A DNA stretch of 64,000 nucleotides from positions 16,683 through 80,682 of the forward strand of contig CANRPK010000002.1 in assembly GCA_947632455.1 (NCBI GenBank), given 5' to 3'. The notes beneath the pieces are model-generated. The model searched no databases and was not told the DNA's origin. It saw nothing but the letters and a program-made list of their open reading frames with translations. Numbering within the stretch: position 1 is the stretch's first letter; the number at the start of each line of letters is the position of its first letter. Origin of the DNA: an uncultured Bacilli bacterium (lineage in GTDB: Bacteria > Bacillota_I > Bacilli_A > RF39 > UBA660). Both the position numbers and the translations under genes were made by a program. Positions 1 to 8,094 of this stretch are shown one piece after another.

Positions 1-128
1 TACATACCATCTTGATTTTTATAATCTCGGGAAACCGCTACTGTAATCATTGTTCTAACAGTCCCATCGGCACTCTCTCTAACCTCGGGATCTTGTGTAA
101 GTCTTCCAACCAATGTTATATTATTCAC
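1..128 (-). CDS. ssb: single-stranded DNA-binding protein, N-terminal fragment running off the window edge
   Basis: Absent from the ORF track because it is truncated. Minus-strand GTG at 126-128 sits 8 nt after GGAGG (136-140). The translation VNNITLVGRLTQDPEVRESADGTVRTMITVAVSRDYKNQDGM fits the canonical SSB OB-fold N-terminus (LVGRLTxDPExR). Confidence 0.75.
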   Translation of the reverse strand, partial: MNNITLVGRLTQDPEVRESADGTVRTMITVAVSRDYKNQDGM

Positions 129-274
129 AAATATACCTCCCTTCTTAAAGGCGAGTATATCATTAAAAATATCCTTGGTCAAAAAACAAAATTTACTAAT
201 TATATATATAATTTTATATACTTATTGCTCAAATTTTATTAAATTATCTTATATTTTTACTAAATATTTGTAAC

Positions 275-1570
275 TCAATAACTTTTTAATAATCTATTAA
301 GTTCTACTGCATATTCTAAAGGAAGTTCATGTTTAAAATCTTTAATAAAACCCATCACTAAGAGTTCTTTAGCTACTTCTTCACTAAGTCCTTTACTCAT
401 CAAGTAAAATAATTGTTCTTTATTTACTTTCGAAATAGTCGCTTCATGCTCAATAATTGAAGAATTATTTTCCACTATATTATTTGGGAAAGTATCACTT
501 TTACTTTTACTATCTAAAATTATTGTATCGCATTTTACTGAAGCTCGGGAATTAACTGCCTTCTTACTAATCTTAGTTGTCCCTCGATAAACACTTAATC
601 CTCCATTTAAAGAAATAGATTTACTTACAATATTACTTTTAGTATTTTTGCCTAAATGGATCATTTTCGCTCCAGCATCCAATTTTTGCCCTTCATTTGC
701 ATAGGCAATACTAATTGAATTTCCACAAGCTCTATCTCCTTTTAAGATACATGATGGATATTTCATCGTTACTTGTGAACCAATATTGCCGTCAATCCAC
801 TGCATTAATCCATCTTCTTCAACTATAGCTCTTTTAGTTACTAAATTATATACATCTTTACTCCAATTTTGAATAGTTGAATATTTACATTTAGCATGTT
901 TACCTACATATATTTCTACCACACCAGCATGTAGTGAAGTTGAAGAATAACTCTTTGCTGTACAACCTTCTATGTATTCAACTTCCGCATAATCATCAAC
1001 AATTATGATTGTTCTTTCAAATTGTCCCAAATTTTCTGTATCAATTCTAAAATAACTTTGTAAAGGTCTGTCTAACTTGACATGTTTAGGAATATATATA
1101 AAAGAACCCCCACTCCAAAAAGCTCCATTTAAAGCTGTAAATTTATTTTCATCATATTTAACTAAATTATTAAAGTATTTTTTAAATAATTCTGGTTCTT
1201 TTTTTAAAGCTTCATCAGTACTTGTAAATATAACTTTACTATCTTTATCTTTAATATTATGATACACTACTTCACTTTCATATTGGTTAGTAACTCCATA
1301 TAAATATTCTTGTTCAGCTTTAATAACTCCTAAATCACAAAATGTATCTTTTATCTCTGGTTCTACTTGATCCCAATTATCAGTCATTGCATTTTTATTA
1401 TCTTTATAATAAGTTATAGCATCAAAATCAATATTTAATTCTGGACCAAAATTAGGATAATCTAAAGAATTAAAAGCCTCTAATGCTTTCAATCTAAAAT
1501 CTAACATCCATTGTGGTTCATTTTTTTTCTTGCTAAGTTCAATTACATATTTTTTATCAATTTTTTGCAT
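275..1570 (-). CDS. sufB: Fe-S cluster assembly protein SufB
   Basis: C-terminal half (GNSISIAYANEGQKLDAGAKMIHLG...IIEHEATISKVNKEQLFYLMSKGLSEE) is typical of SufB/SufD. Preferred start is ATG 1568-1570 (MQKID) behind GGGGA; the track start at 1582 is a TTG. The stop is TGA. Confidence 0.9.
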   Translation of the reverse strand: MQKIDKKYVIELSKKKNEPQWMLDFRLKALEAFNSLDYPNFGPELNIDFDAITYYKDNKNAMTDNWDQVEPEIKDTFCDLGVIKAEQEYLYGVTNQYESEVVYHNIKDKDSKVIFTSTDEALKKEPELFKKYFNNLVKYDENKFTALNGAFWSGGSFIYIPKHVKLDRPLQSYFRIDTENLGQFERTIIIVDDYAEVEYIEGCTAKSYSSTSLHAGVVEIYVGKHAKCKYSTIQNWSKDVYNLVTKRAIVEEDGLMQWIDGNIGSQVTMKYPSCILKGDRACGNSISIAYANEGQKLDAGAKMIHLGKNTKSNIVSKSISLNGGLSVYRGTTKISKKAVNSRASVKCDTIILDSKSKSDTFPNNIVENNSSIIEHEATISKVNKEQLFYLMSKGLSEEVAKELLVMGFIKDFKHELPLEYAVELNRLLKSY

Positions 1571-1697
1571 TTTTATCCCCAAAAATATTATACAATAATT
1601 TTTTTTATTTGTTTAGTTTATTTTTTAATGTTTTAGGTTGTCTTTTCAAATAAATACTGCTATAATTATAATAATAGAGAAAGTCGAGGGGATTATT

Positions 1698-2030
1698 ATG
1701 CGTGATTCCGATTTAAGTAAAAGCAAAATAATTAATATAAATGACTTTATATTTCGTCAAAATTTAGAATTCTATCCTAATTTAAATGGTATAACATGTG
1801 AAGATAATGTTCTTTATTTAAAAAAAGATAATAAAATTATTGATAGTGTTCCTCTAACTTTTGACCTTAGAACTCTTCCTGGAGAAGCTTGGAATGTTAC
1901 TCCTGAAGAATTTCTTGACATAATTAAATTAAATAAAGATTGCAAAGGTTTATATAAATTTTTAGAACTAATTGAAAAATATGCTTTTGATCCGTTTATA
2001 AAACCTGAATATACTGGAGGTGAAGCCTAA
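1698..2030 (+). CDS. hypothetical protein (110 aa)
   Basis: ATG at 1698 follows GAGGGG. The stop overlaps the next start (TAATG at 2028-2032). No recognisable motif. Confidence 0.5.
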   Translation: MRDSDLSKSKIININDFIFRQNLEFYPNLNGITCEDNVLYLKKDNKIIDSVPLTFDLRTLPGEAWNVTPEEFLDIIKLNKDCKGLYKFLELIEKYAFDPFIKPEYTGGEA

Positions 2031-2410
2031 TGAACAAAGAAGTATTAATGGGAGATATTAATTCTCATATGAAACGTTATTTTAGTGCTAAAGATAATTT
2101 TAATTTATTAACCGAAGACAATAAAATGTTAATTGGTAAAGTTGAGCAATATATTGCAAATCTTCCCGAAGGATCAGAAATAAAAAATATGATTAATGAG
2201 CAAATTGATGAATATTCCTCTGAAACTAAAAGTTTAGGCGATACTAAAAGCATGAATTTAGCTTATGATTTAAAGCAAGGTCAAGCACTTGTAAGAGTTA
2301 AAAAAGAAAATACTGAATACTCTTCGAGAGCCGCTTTTATCAATATTGCTATCCTTCTTTACGGGGTACTAAATATTGGTCTTATCTTAGCCACAGCTTT
2401 ATTGAAGTAG
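2030..2410 (+). CDS. hypothetical tail-anchored membrane protein (126 aa)
   Basis: Translationally coupled to the upstream ORF. Has a single C-terminal hydrophobic helix (AAFINIAILLYGVLNIGLILATALL). Confidence 0.5.
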   Translation: MNKEVLMGDINSHMKRYFSAKDNFNLLTEDNKMLIGKVEQYIANLPEGSEIKNMINEQIDEYSSETKSLGDTKSMNLAYDLKQGQALVRVKKENTEYSSRAAFINIAILLYGVLNIGLILATALLK

Positions 2411-2459
2411 AAATACTTCTTTTCTTTTATTTAAAATTATGTTATAATTCCTAATACAT

Positions 2460-2828
2460 GGGGTAGTTTATGGTTTCGACATATATTACTAGGTATGATT
2501 GCAAGTGGGCGTGACACCTTAAGTCTAAAATTAAAATTAAATGACAAGAATGAAAGTTCTTTTGCTTCAAATGCTTTTGCATTTGCCTAATTAATAATAA
2601 GGAATAGCAAGCTTCTAAGTAATTTTCTTATAGGTTATTTAGAGGTTCATATATATAAGATATACTACTATATTTGATTAGGATATTGTAGTGAATATTT
2701 TACTAATCTAGTTATTTTATAGGTTGGTCTTGAGCCAGTAAAATAATAAAATTTAAATCAAGCTAAACTTGTAGATGTTATATCATAGGGTATATTGGAC
2801 AGGGGTTCAACTCCCCTCTACTCCACCA
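2460..2828 (+). ncRNA. ssrA: tmRNA (SsrA), 369 nt
   Basis: 5' GGGGTAG pairs with the 3' CTACTCC-A-CCA, including the G3:U identity pair. T-arm is GGGGTTCAACTCCCC. The internal tag ORF GAC..TAA (2543-2590) encodes (A)DKNESSFASNAFAFA. Upstream promoter is TGTTATAAT (2441-2448). Confidence 0.93.
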
Positions 2829-2869
2829 AATAGATACCAAACTCGAAAAAATCCGAGTAAAAATAGAAA

Positions 2870-2896
2870 ACGTACTTGATAAAAGTGCGTTTTTTT
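2870..2896 (+). terminator. rho-independent terminator of ssrA
   Basis: ACGTACTT-gataa-AAGTGCGT hairpin followed by TTTTTT. Confidence 0.7.
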
Positions 2897-2938
2897 GTTA
2901 TTATGTATTTGTCAAGGAAACTTGCATAAAATAAAAAA

Positions 2939-3022
2939 GGAACATTCAATGTCGCATGTTGAGTGTTGCCATATAGTTTGCATCACCTAAATCATTGCTG
3001 AGTTAGGTGATTCTTTTATTTT
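2939..3022 (+). ncRNA. putative antitoxin sRNA A (convergent, overlaps the toxin 3'UTR and stop codon)
   Basis: Upstream TTGTCA (2909-2914) and TAAAAT/TAAAAA (2927-2937). Hairpin 1 is AACATTCAA (2941-2949) with TTGAGTGTT (2959-2967). The terminator hairpin is ATCACCTAA (2982-2990) with TTAGGTGAT (3003-3011), followed by a TCTTTTATTTT run. The exact 5' end is uncertain. Confidence 0.45.
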
Positions 3023-3099
3023 AGGATTACAAATAGTAATACTATAAGTAAAAGGATAATGATAATCAAAAAGAAAATTAGAAAATCTTTTTTTGACAT
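3016..3099 (-). CDS. putative type I toxin A, 27-aa hydrophobic peptide MSKKDFLIFFLIIIILLLIVLLFVILK
   Basis: Too short for the ORF track. ATG 3097-3099 lies 7 nt after GGGAGGTG, and the stop is TAA. Composition is a charged N-terminus (KKD) followed by a continuous hydrophobic helix. A paralog sits at 3463-3546. Confidence 0.6.
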   Translation of the reverse strand: MSKKDFLIFFLIIIILLLIVLLFVILK

Positions 3100-3161
3100 C
3101 TTATCACCTCCCTTCAATTAAGAAGCTCGGCAATCACCCAACTATTAAATGTTCCAAATTA

Positions 3162-3190
3162 ATTATATCAAACTTTTGTTCTTAAAACAA
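3162..3190 (-). promoter_or_regulatory. promoter of toxin A
   Basis: Minus strand reads TTGTTT, a 17-nt spacer, then TGATATAAT (extended -10). This leaves a ~55-nt 5'UTR. Confidence 0.6.
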
Positions 3191-3379
3191 TATGCTCTAT
3201 AAAAATTTATGACAATTTAAAAACTATAAATAAATAATGATCGCTATAAACTAACAGATTGTCGTACTCTTGCCAGTGTCATTTTTATTAGATCTATTAA
3301 AACTCATATAGAGAACTTGCAAAAAGATCTTTTTTATGTTATTATGTATTTGTCAAGGAAACTTGCATAAAATAAAAAA

Positions 3380-3464
3380 GGAACATTCAATATGCTAATG
3401 TTGAGTGTTGCCATATAATGTGCATCACCTAATTCAAAGCAGTTGAGTTAGGTGATTTTCTTTT
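3380..3464 (+). ncRNA. putative antitoxin sRNA B
   Basis: Same upstream block as sRNA A. Hairpin 1 is 3382-3390 with 3401-3409: same stems, different loop. The terminator hairpin is ATCACCTAA (3424-3432) with TTAGGTGAT (3448-3456), followed by TTTCTTTT. Confidence 0.45.
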
Positions 3465-3546
3465 ATATTAAAACTATAAATAGTAATAATACTAATAGGA
3501 AGATAAGAATGATTAAAGATAGAATTAAAAAATCTTTCTTATACAT
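3463..3546 (-). CDS. putative type I toxin B, 27-aa hydrophobic peptide MYKKDFLILSLIILIFLLVLLLFIVLI
   Basis: ATG 3544-3546 follows GGGAGGCG, and the stop is TAA. It is a paralog of toxin A; the shared M-x-KKDFLI start and all-hydrophobic body persist despite many nucleotide changes. Confidence 0.6.
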   Translation of the reverse strand: MYKKDFLILSLIILIFLLVLLLFIVLI

Positions 3547-3608
3547 ACTATCGCCTCCCTTCAATTAAGAAGCTCGGCAATCACCCAACTATTAAATGTT
3601 CCAAGTTA

Positions 3609-3637
3609 ATTATATCAAACAAACGTTCTTTGCACAA
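3609..3637 (-). promoter_or_regulatory. promoter of toxin B
   Basis: Minus strand reads TTGTGC, a 17-nt spacer, then TGATATAAT. Confidence 0.6.
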
Positions 3638-3755
3638 TAAAAATCGATATCAAAATTGGCATTTTCAAAACCAGAAAAATACATAGATTATTTAATTAAT
3701 ATAATTATTTTAAAAATAATGTTATAATACATGATTAACAAGGAGAAATGATAAA

Positions 3756-4748
3756 ATGGTTAATTTAAAACATGAACTTACAGTAGATGATTTAATCGTA
3801 GAGTATATGATATATAAAGTAAATAATGGATATGAACCTCAATTTTCCACATCAGAATTTATAAACTTTCTATACTTTTTTACTAGTAAAATGCCCGTTA
3901 AAGATGCATTATATGAAAATGAAAAATTATTTAAAAGATTTTTTGAAAGAAAAGCCGAAAGTGATTGGGCTCACACTATAGATTGGCATACACATAAACA
4001 AGAAATAATTCCCCATATGGATATGATATATAATGAAGATAATGATGATTATATCATAAAAGCTAATTATCGATTAAGTGATTATGACAAAAGCCTATTA
4101 AATACTTATTTTATAGATAATGGCATGAGCAAATTTGAAGATTTTCAAGGAACAGCTGCAAAAATTAGAAGTATTATTGGCAAATATTTATTAGATCAAC
4201 CAAAAAGAAAAATAGATGAGACTACGGCTATTGATGAACATTCTTTAAACGTTGGTAAGTATGTTACTGCCGAACTAATTAGAAATATTTGGAGAAGTCA
4301 TATAAATAGACTAATTGACAATCATAAATGGCCAGAACAATGTAAAGATATTGATAAATACTTATTTACTATAGATTTAGCTGAAATTATTGGACTTAAC
4401 TCAATAAAAAAAGACTTATTAGATTTTTATACAGTGATTTCTAGAAGAATTGCAATTTTATATCAACAAGATAAAAATTTGAAAATCAGTAATTATGGAA
4501 GCTATTTGGCAAAAGCAAATTATGAATTATTAATCAAAGATTACCAACAAACATTTGAAATAGCTTTTGGAAAATATAAAAGTTCACTAAATATAGATTT
4601 AGCATCATCAACATTCAAAGAAAGTCATGAACTAAATGGTATATGTATGTGGGATGAAGAGCCCGAAATTAAAACTACAATTTCTCAAATTAAAAGTGAT
4701 AATGTCAAAAAATTAGTAAGATCTTTAGATAAACATACTCAAAAATAA
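3756..4748 (+). CDS. hypothetical protein (330 aa), no recognisable domain
   Basis: Long ORF behind AAGGAG, with promoter TGTTATAAT at 3720-3728. Predicted soluble. No motif I can assign. Confidence 0.6.
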   Translation: MVNLKHELTVDDLIVEYMIYKVNNGYEPQFSTSEFINFLYFFTSKMPVKDALYENEKLFKRFFERKAESDWAHTIDWHTHKQEIIPHMDMIYNEDNDDYIIKANYRLSDYDKSLLNTYFIDNGMSKFEDFQGTAAKIRSIIGKYLLDQPKRKIDETTAIDEHSLNVGKYVTAELIRNIWRSHINRLIDNHKWPEQCKDIDKYLFTIDLAEIIGLNSIKKDLLDFYTVISRRIAILYQQDKNLKISNYGSYLAKANYELLIKDYQQTFEIAFGKYKSSLNIDLASSTFKESHELNGICMWDEEPEIKTTISQIKSDNVKKLVRSLDKHTQK

Positions 4749-4789
4749 TTAAAATATATATTACAATTACTATAATAAAATTAATTGAC

Positions 4790-4829
4790 ACTCAAACTTA
4801 TTAAATTATCTATAAAGTTTGAGTTTTTT
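4790..4829 (+). terminator. rho-independent terminator
   Basis: ACTCAAACTT, a 15-nt loop, AAGTTTGAGT, then TTTTT. Confidence 0.75.
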
Positions 4830-4930
4830 ATTGAGTACATCAAGTTTTAAAAGAAAGAAAAAAGTAAAATAATAAATTTCATTTTAAAATCATTTAATTA
4901 TGCTATAATTATTTATATTAAGAGGTAATT

Positions 4931-7621
4931 ATGAATGCTAAAAGAAATATTAAATACGATAATATAAAAGGTTTATTAATTTTTTTTGTTGTCTTAGCCC
5001 ATCTTCTATATTCTTTAAAATATTATAATAATAGTCTAAGTGCCTTCATTACTAGGTTTATTTATACTTTTCATATGCCTCTCTTCTTAATAATATCCGG
5101 TATATTTTCAAAAAAGGTAGATAAAAAATCTTTATTAAATATATTACTCCTTTTTATTCTTCTAAATATTAGCTATACCCTCTATGACTATCTTACTACC
5201 TCTAGTCTTAACCTCTTTAGTATTAAATATTCTGCTTGGTATTTAATCGCACTATTTATTTATCGTTTAATAATTTATCTTGATAAAAATAATATTATTT
5301 CTACTCATAAAAAAACTTTTCTAATTACCCTATTTATCATAACTAATTTAATCAGTTTTCTAAATATTCCTTATAATCGTTTAATCAGTTACTCTTTCTT
5401 TTTCTTTCTAGGCTATTCTATTAATTTTTCTGCTATTAAAATATCTAAAAAATTAAGTATTATAGGTCTAATAATTAGTATCTTACTACTTTTAAATATT
5501 GCCTCTCTTCCTCTAGCTTTAAACTTTTTTATGGCTTCTCCCCTTTTAGATTTTAATTTTTTATTTCTCCGTATATTTACTTATTTAATTGTTATTTTCT
5601 TATTTATCTTTATATATAATCTTATTTCATCTAAGAATATTCCCTTTATTACTAAATGGGGTGAAAATTCTTTAAGTATTTATATGTTTCATCGCTTACT
5701 TACTATTATTATAACTAATAATTTTATAAATAACACTTACTTTTATTTAATTGTATTATTATCATCATTCCTAATTTGTTTTATCTTTAGTAATAACCAT
5801 TTTAAAAAATATCTAAAAAACGCTAAATATATTATTATTTCTATTATTATTTTATTAATTTTAATTTTCTTAAACTATCTTCATTTAACAAATAAATCTT
5901 CAATTAAACCATCTTATCTATCTCTAGAAGAATATAATAATATTAACAATAGTATTTCTCTTGGATTTGTTGGTGATTTAATTTTATTAGAAAATCAAGT
6001 TAAAAATTCTTATCTAAATAACACTTATAACTTTGATTATATGTTTGATCAGGTTGCAGATTATTTCCAAGATGTTGATTATATGATGGGTGTTTTAGAG
6101 GGTCCAGTAGATGATAATAAACCCTATTCGATTGGTAATTTTGATGATGGTAAAACTATTAAACTTAATTATCCTAGTGCTTTTTTATCTAGTATTAAAA
6201 AAAGTGGTATCGACTTAGTTACTGTAGCCAATAATCATCTTCTTGATCAAGATATATCTAGCATAAATACCACTATAACTAACTTAAATAAATATAACCT
6301 AAACTATATTGGTACTAATAATCGTTATAAACTAATTGATATCAAAGGTTTAAAAATTGGTATTTTAGCCTATACTTATGGCCTTAATTATCAAACAGAA
6401 GACAATTTATTTAATAATTTAAATATTACTAATTATATAGTACCTTCTCAAAGTAAATATTTTGAAGAAACTAAAGCTTTAGTTACTAAAGATTTTGCTG
6501 ATTTAAAAAAAGCTAATGTTGATTTAATCGTAGTGCTTCCCCATTATGGTACCCAATTTTCTACTGAACCCGATGAAATGCAAAGAACTTGGAATAAAAT
6601 ATTCGCAGATTTAGGTGCCAATATTATTTTTGGTAGTCATTCTCATATTGTTCAACCAGTCGAATATATTGGAAAGACTTTAATATTTAATAGTGTCGGT
6701 AATTTTGTTAATTCTTATATCGAACATCATGGAGATATTTCTTTCATGGCTAAAGCTTATATTAATTTAGAAACTAAAGATGTTATTGCCGGTGGTATCA
6801 TTCCTTTACTAGCTATTAAAGATTCTAATCTAGGTTATTACTCTACTCCTATATATAAAAGTTATCCTAATAATTATGATCAAAAAAAATTAGCTGATGC
6901 TAATTCCTTTGTTACTAAAATAACTCTCCACCAAAATATTAATATTAAAGATATAGAAGAAGAATATTATGTTTTTAAAGATGGTTATAAAAAACATTTA
7001 AAAAATAACTTAAGCCTAACTAGTTCTGATCAAGAAAGTTTAATTTATCAAAGTATTAATAAATATCAAAATATTTGTTTTATTGGTGATAGTATCACAG
7101 CCGGAACTAAAAATGGTCATGTTGCTTGGTACGAACCTTTAATGTCTTTATTTACTGATAAAAATGTTTATAATTATTCTAAAGGCGGATATACTTCTTC
7201 TGATATTCTAACTAACTTCAAAGATAAACTTTCTACTTCTTCTTGTGAATTAAGTATCATCAATATTGGTACTAATGATATTCGCTATAACTTAAATAGT
7301 ACAGAAAATTATATTGCCAATATTAAAGAAATAATTTCTTTACTTCCAAATAGTAAAATAATTCTTCTATCTCCATTTCGACCTACTAATAAAGATAAAT
7401 ATTTTAAAACTAATACTCAAAATAAATTAGCTTTATATAATTTATATGATCGTGAACTTCAAAAACTAGCTAATAATTCTCATATTTATTATCTTAATGT
7501 TAATAATTATATAAATAAAGTTATAAAAGAAGATGGAGAAGAATTATTTTTACTTGATGGTATTCATCCTAATAATAATTATGGTGTTCTTTTATATTCT
7601 TATGCCACAATGCGTATATAA
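4931..7621 (+). CDS. triple-domain envelope protein: acyltransferase-3 (10+ TM), CapA/PGA_cap metallophosphatase-like, and SGNH/GDSL hydrolase
   Basis: The N-terminal ~330 aa are polytopic and begin like the AT3/OatA family (NIKGLLIFFVVLAHL). The middle carries CapA-type motifs (GDLILLEN, VTVANNHLLD, LPHYGTQF, GSHSHIVQP). The C-terminus has SGNH blocks (FIGDSITAG, GTNDIRYN, DGIHPN). Confidence 0.7.
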   Translation: MNAKRNIKYDNIKGLLIFFVVLAHLLYSLKYYNNSLSAFITRFIYTFHMPLFLIISGIFSKKVDKKSLLNILLLFILLNISYTLYDYLTTSSLNLFSIKYSAWYLIALFIYRLIIYLDKNNIISTHKKTFLITLFIITNLISFLNIPYNRLISYSFFFFLGYSINFSAIKISKKLSIIGLIISILLLLNIASLPLALNFFMASPLLDFNFLFLRIFTYLIVIFLFIFIYNLISSKNIPFITKWGENSLSIYMFHRLLTIIITNNFINNTYFYLIVLLSSFLICFIFSNNHFKKYLKNAKYIIISIIILLILIFLNYLHLTNKSSIKPSYLSLEEYNNINNSISLGFVGDLILLENQVKNSYLNNTYNFDYMFDQVADYFQDVDYMMGVLEGPVDDNKPYSIGNFDDGKTIKLNYPSAFLSSIKKSGIDLVTVANNHLLDQDISSINTTITNLNKYNLNYIGTNNRYKLIDIKGLKIGILAYTYGLNYQTEDNLFNNLNITNYIVPSQSKYFEETKALVTKDFADLKKANVDLIVVLPHYGTQFSTEPDEMQRTWNKIFADLGANIIFGSHSHIVQPVEYIGKTLIFNSVGNFVNSYIEHHGDISFMAKAYINLETKDVIAGGIIPLLAIKDSNLGYYSTPIYKSYPNNYDQKKLADANSFVTKITLHQNINIKDIEEEYYVFKDGYKKHLKNNLSLTSSDQESLIYQSINKYQNICFIGDSITAGTKNGHVAWYEPLMSLFTDKNVYNYSKGGYTSSDILTNFKDKLSTSSCELSIINIGTNDIRYNLNSTENYIANIKEIISLLPNSKIILLSPFRPTNKDKYFKTNTQNKLALYNLYDRELQKLANNSHIYYLNVNNYINKVIKEDGEELFLLDGIHPNNNYGVLLYSYATMRI

Positions 7622-7678
7622 AAAAATAACTAGTCAAAACTTAAATTTTACTTTATAATTATACATGAGGTAATATAT

Positions 7679-8050
7679 ATGAAAGAATTAATTTTAAAAA
7701 AATGTAATAGTTGTCAAGCTATGGTTAAAGTAATCACTGATTGTCATTGCCCTTGTGGTATTAATTGTTGTGATGAACCTATGGAAGAAATTAAAGCTAA
7801 TACAGTTGATGCTAGCTTTGAAAAACATGTTCCTACCTATGAAATTAAAGACAATATAATTAATGTTACAGTAAATCATGTCATGGAAGAAAATCATTAT
7901 ATTGAATGGATAATGTTTGTCACTGAAAATACTGAACAAACAGTTTATCTTAAAAATGCTAAAGAAGCCAAAGCTACATTCCCTTATCAAAAAGGTATAT
8001 TGTATGCTTATTGTAATAATCATGGCTTATGGAGTAATGAAGTAAAATAG
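7679..8050 (+). CDS. dfx: desulfoferrodoxin (2Fe superoxide reductase)
   Basis: N-terminal desulforedoxin-like Cys cluster (CNSC...CC). The C-terminal SOR centre has EKHVP, HxxxxH (NHVMEENHYIEW) and CNNHGLW. Confidence 0.85.
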   Translation: MKELILKKCNSCQAMVKVITDCHCPCGINCCDEPMEEIKANTVDASFEKHVPTYEIKDNIINVTVNHVMEENHYIEWIMFVTENTEQTVYLKNAKEAKATFPYQKGILYAYCNNHGLWSNEVK

Positions 8051-8070
8051 GAATTTATATTCCTATTTTT
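8048..8070 (+). terminator. rho-independent terminator of dfx
   Basis: TAGGAAT-ttat-ATTCCTA followed by TTTTT. Confidence 0.65.
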
Positions 8071-8094
8071 AACTATCTAAAAAAGAGGTATAAT

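Larger units (their letters stand above)
2897..3190. repeat. copy A of a ~295-nt direct repeat (type I TA-like module)
   Basis: Aligns with 3338-3638 at an offset of 441 nt. The first 54 nt are identical. About 68 nt of the toxin 5'UTR are identical apart from 1 mismatch. The middle coding part is diverged. Confidence 0.9.
3338..3638. repeat. copy B of the ~295-nt direct repeat (type I TA-like module)
   Basis: See copy A. It has the same order of promoter, hairpins, peptide ORF, SD, 5'UTR and promoter. Confidence 0.9.

Noticed and set aside
12-242. 76-aa plus-strand ORF at the window start
   Set aside because: No SD, and the composition is low-complexity and AT-driven. It lies antisense to a convincing SSB N-terminus (GTG 128, GGAGG RBS), so it is most likely a shadow ORF.
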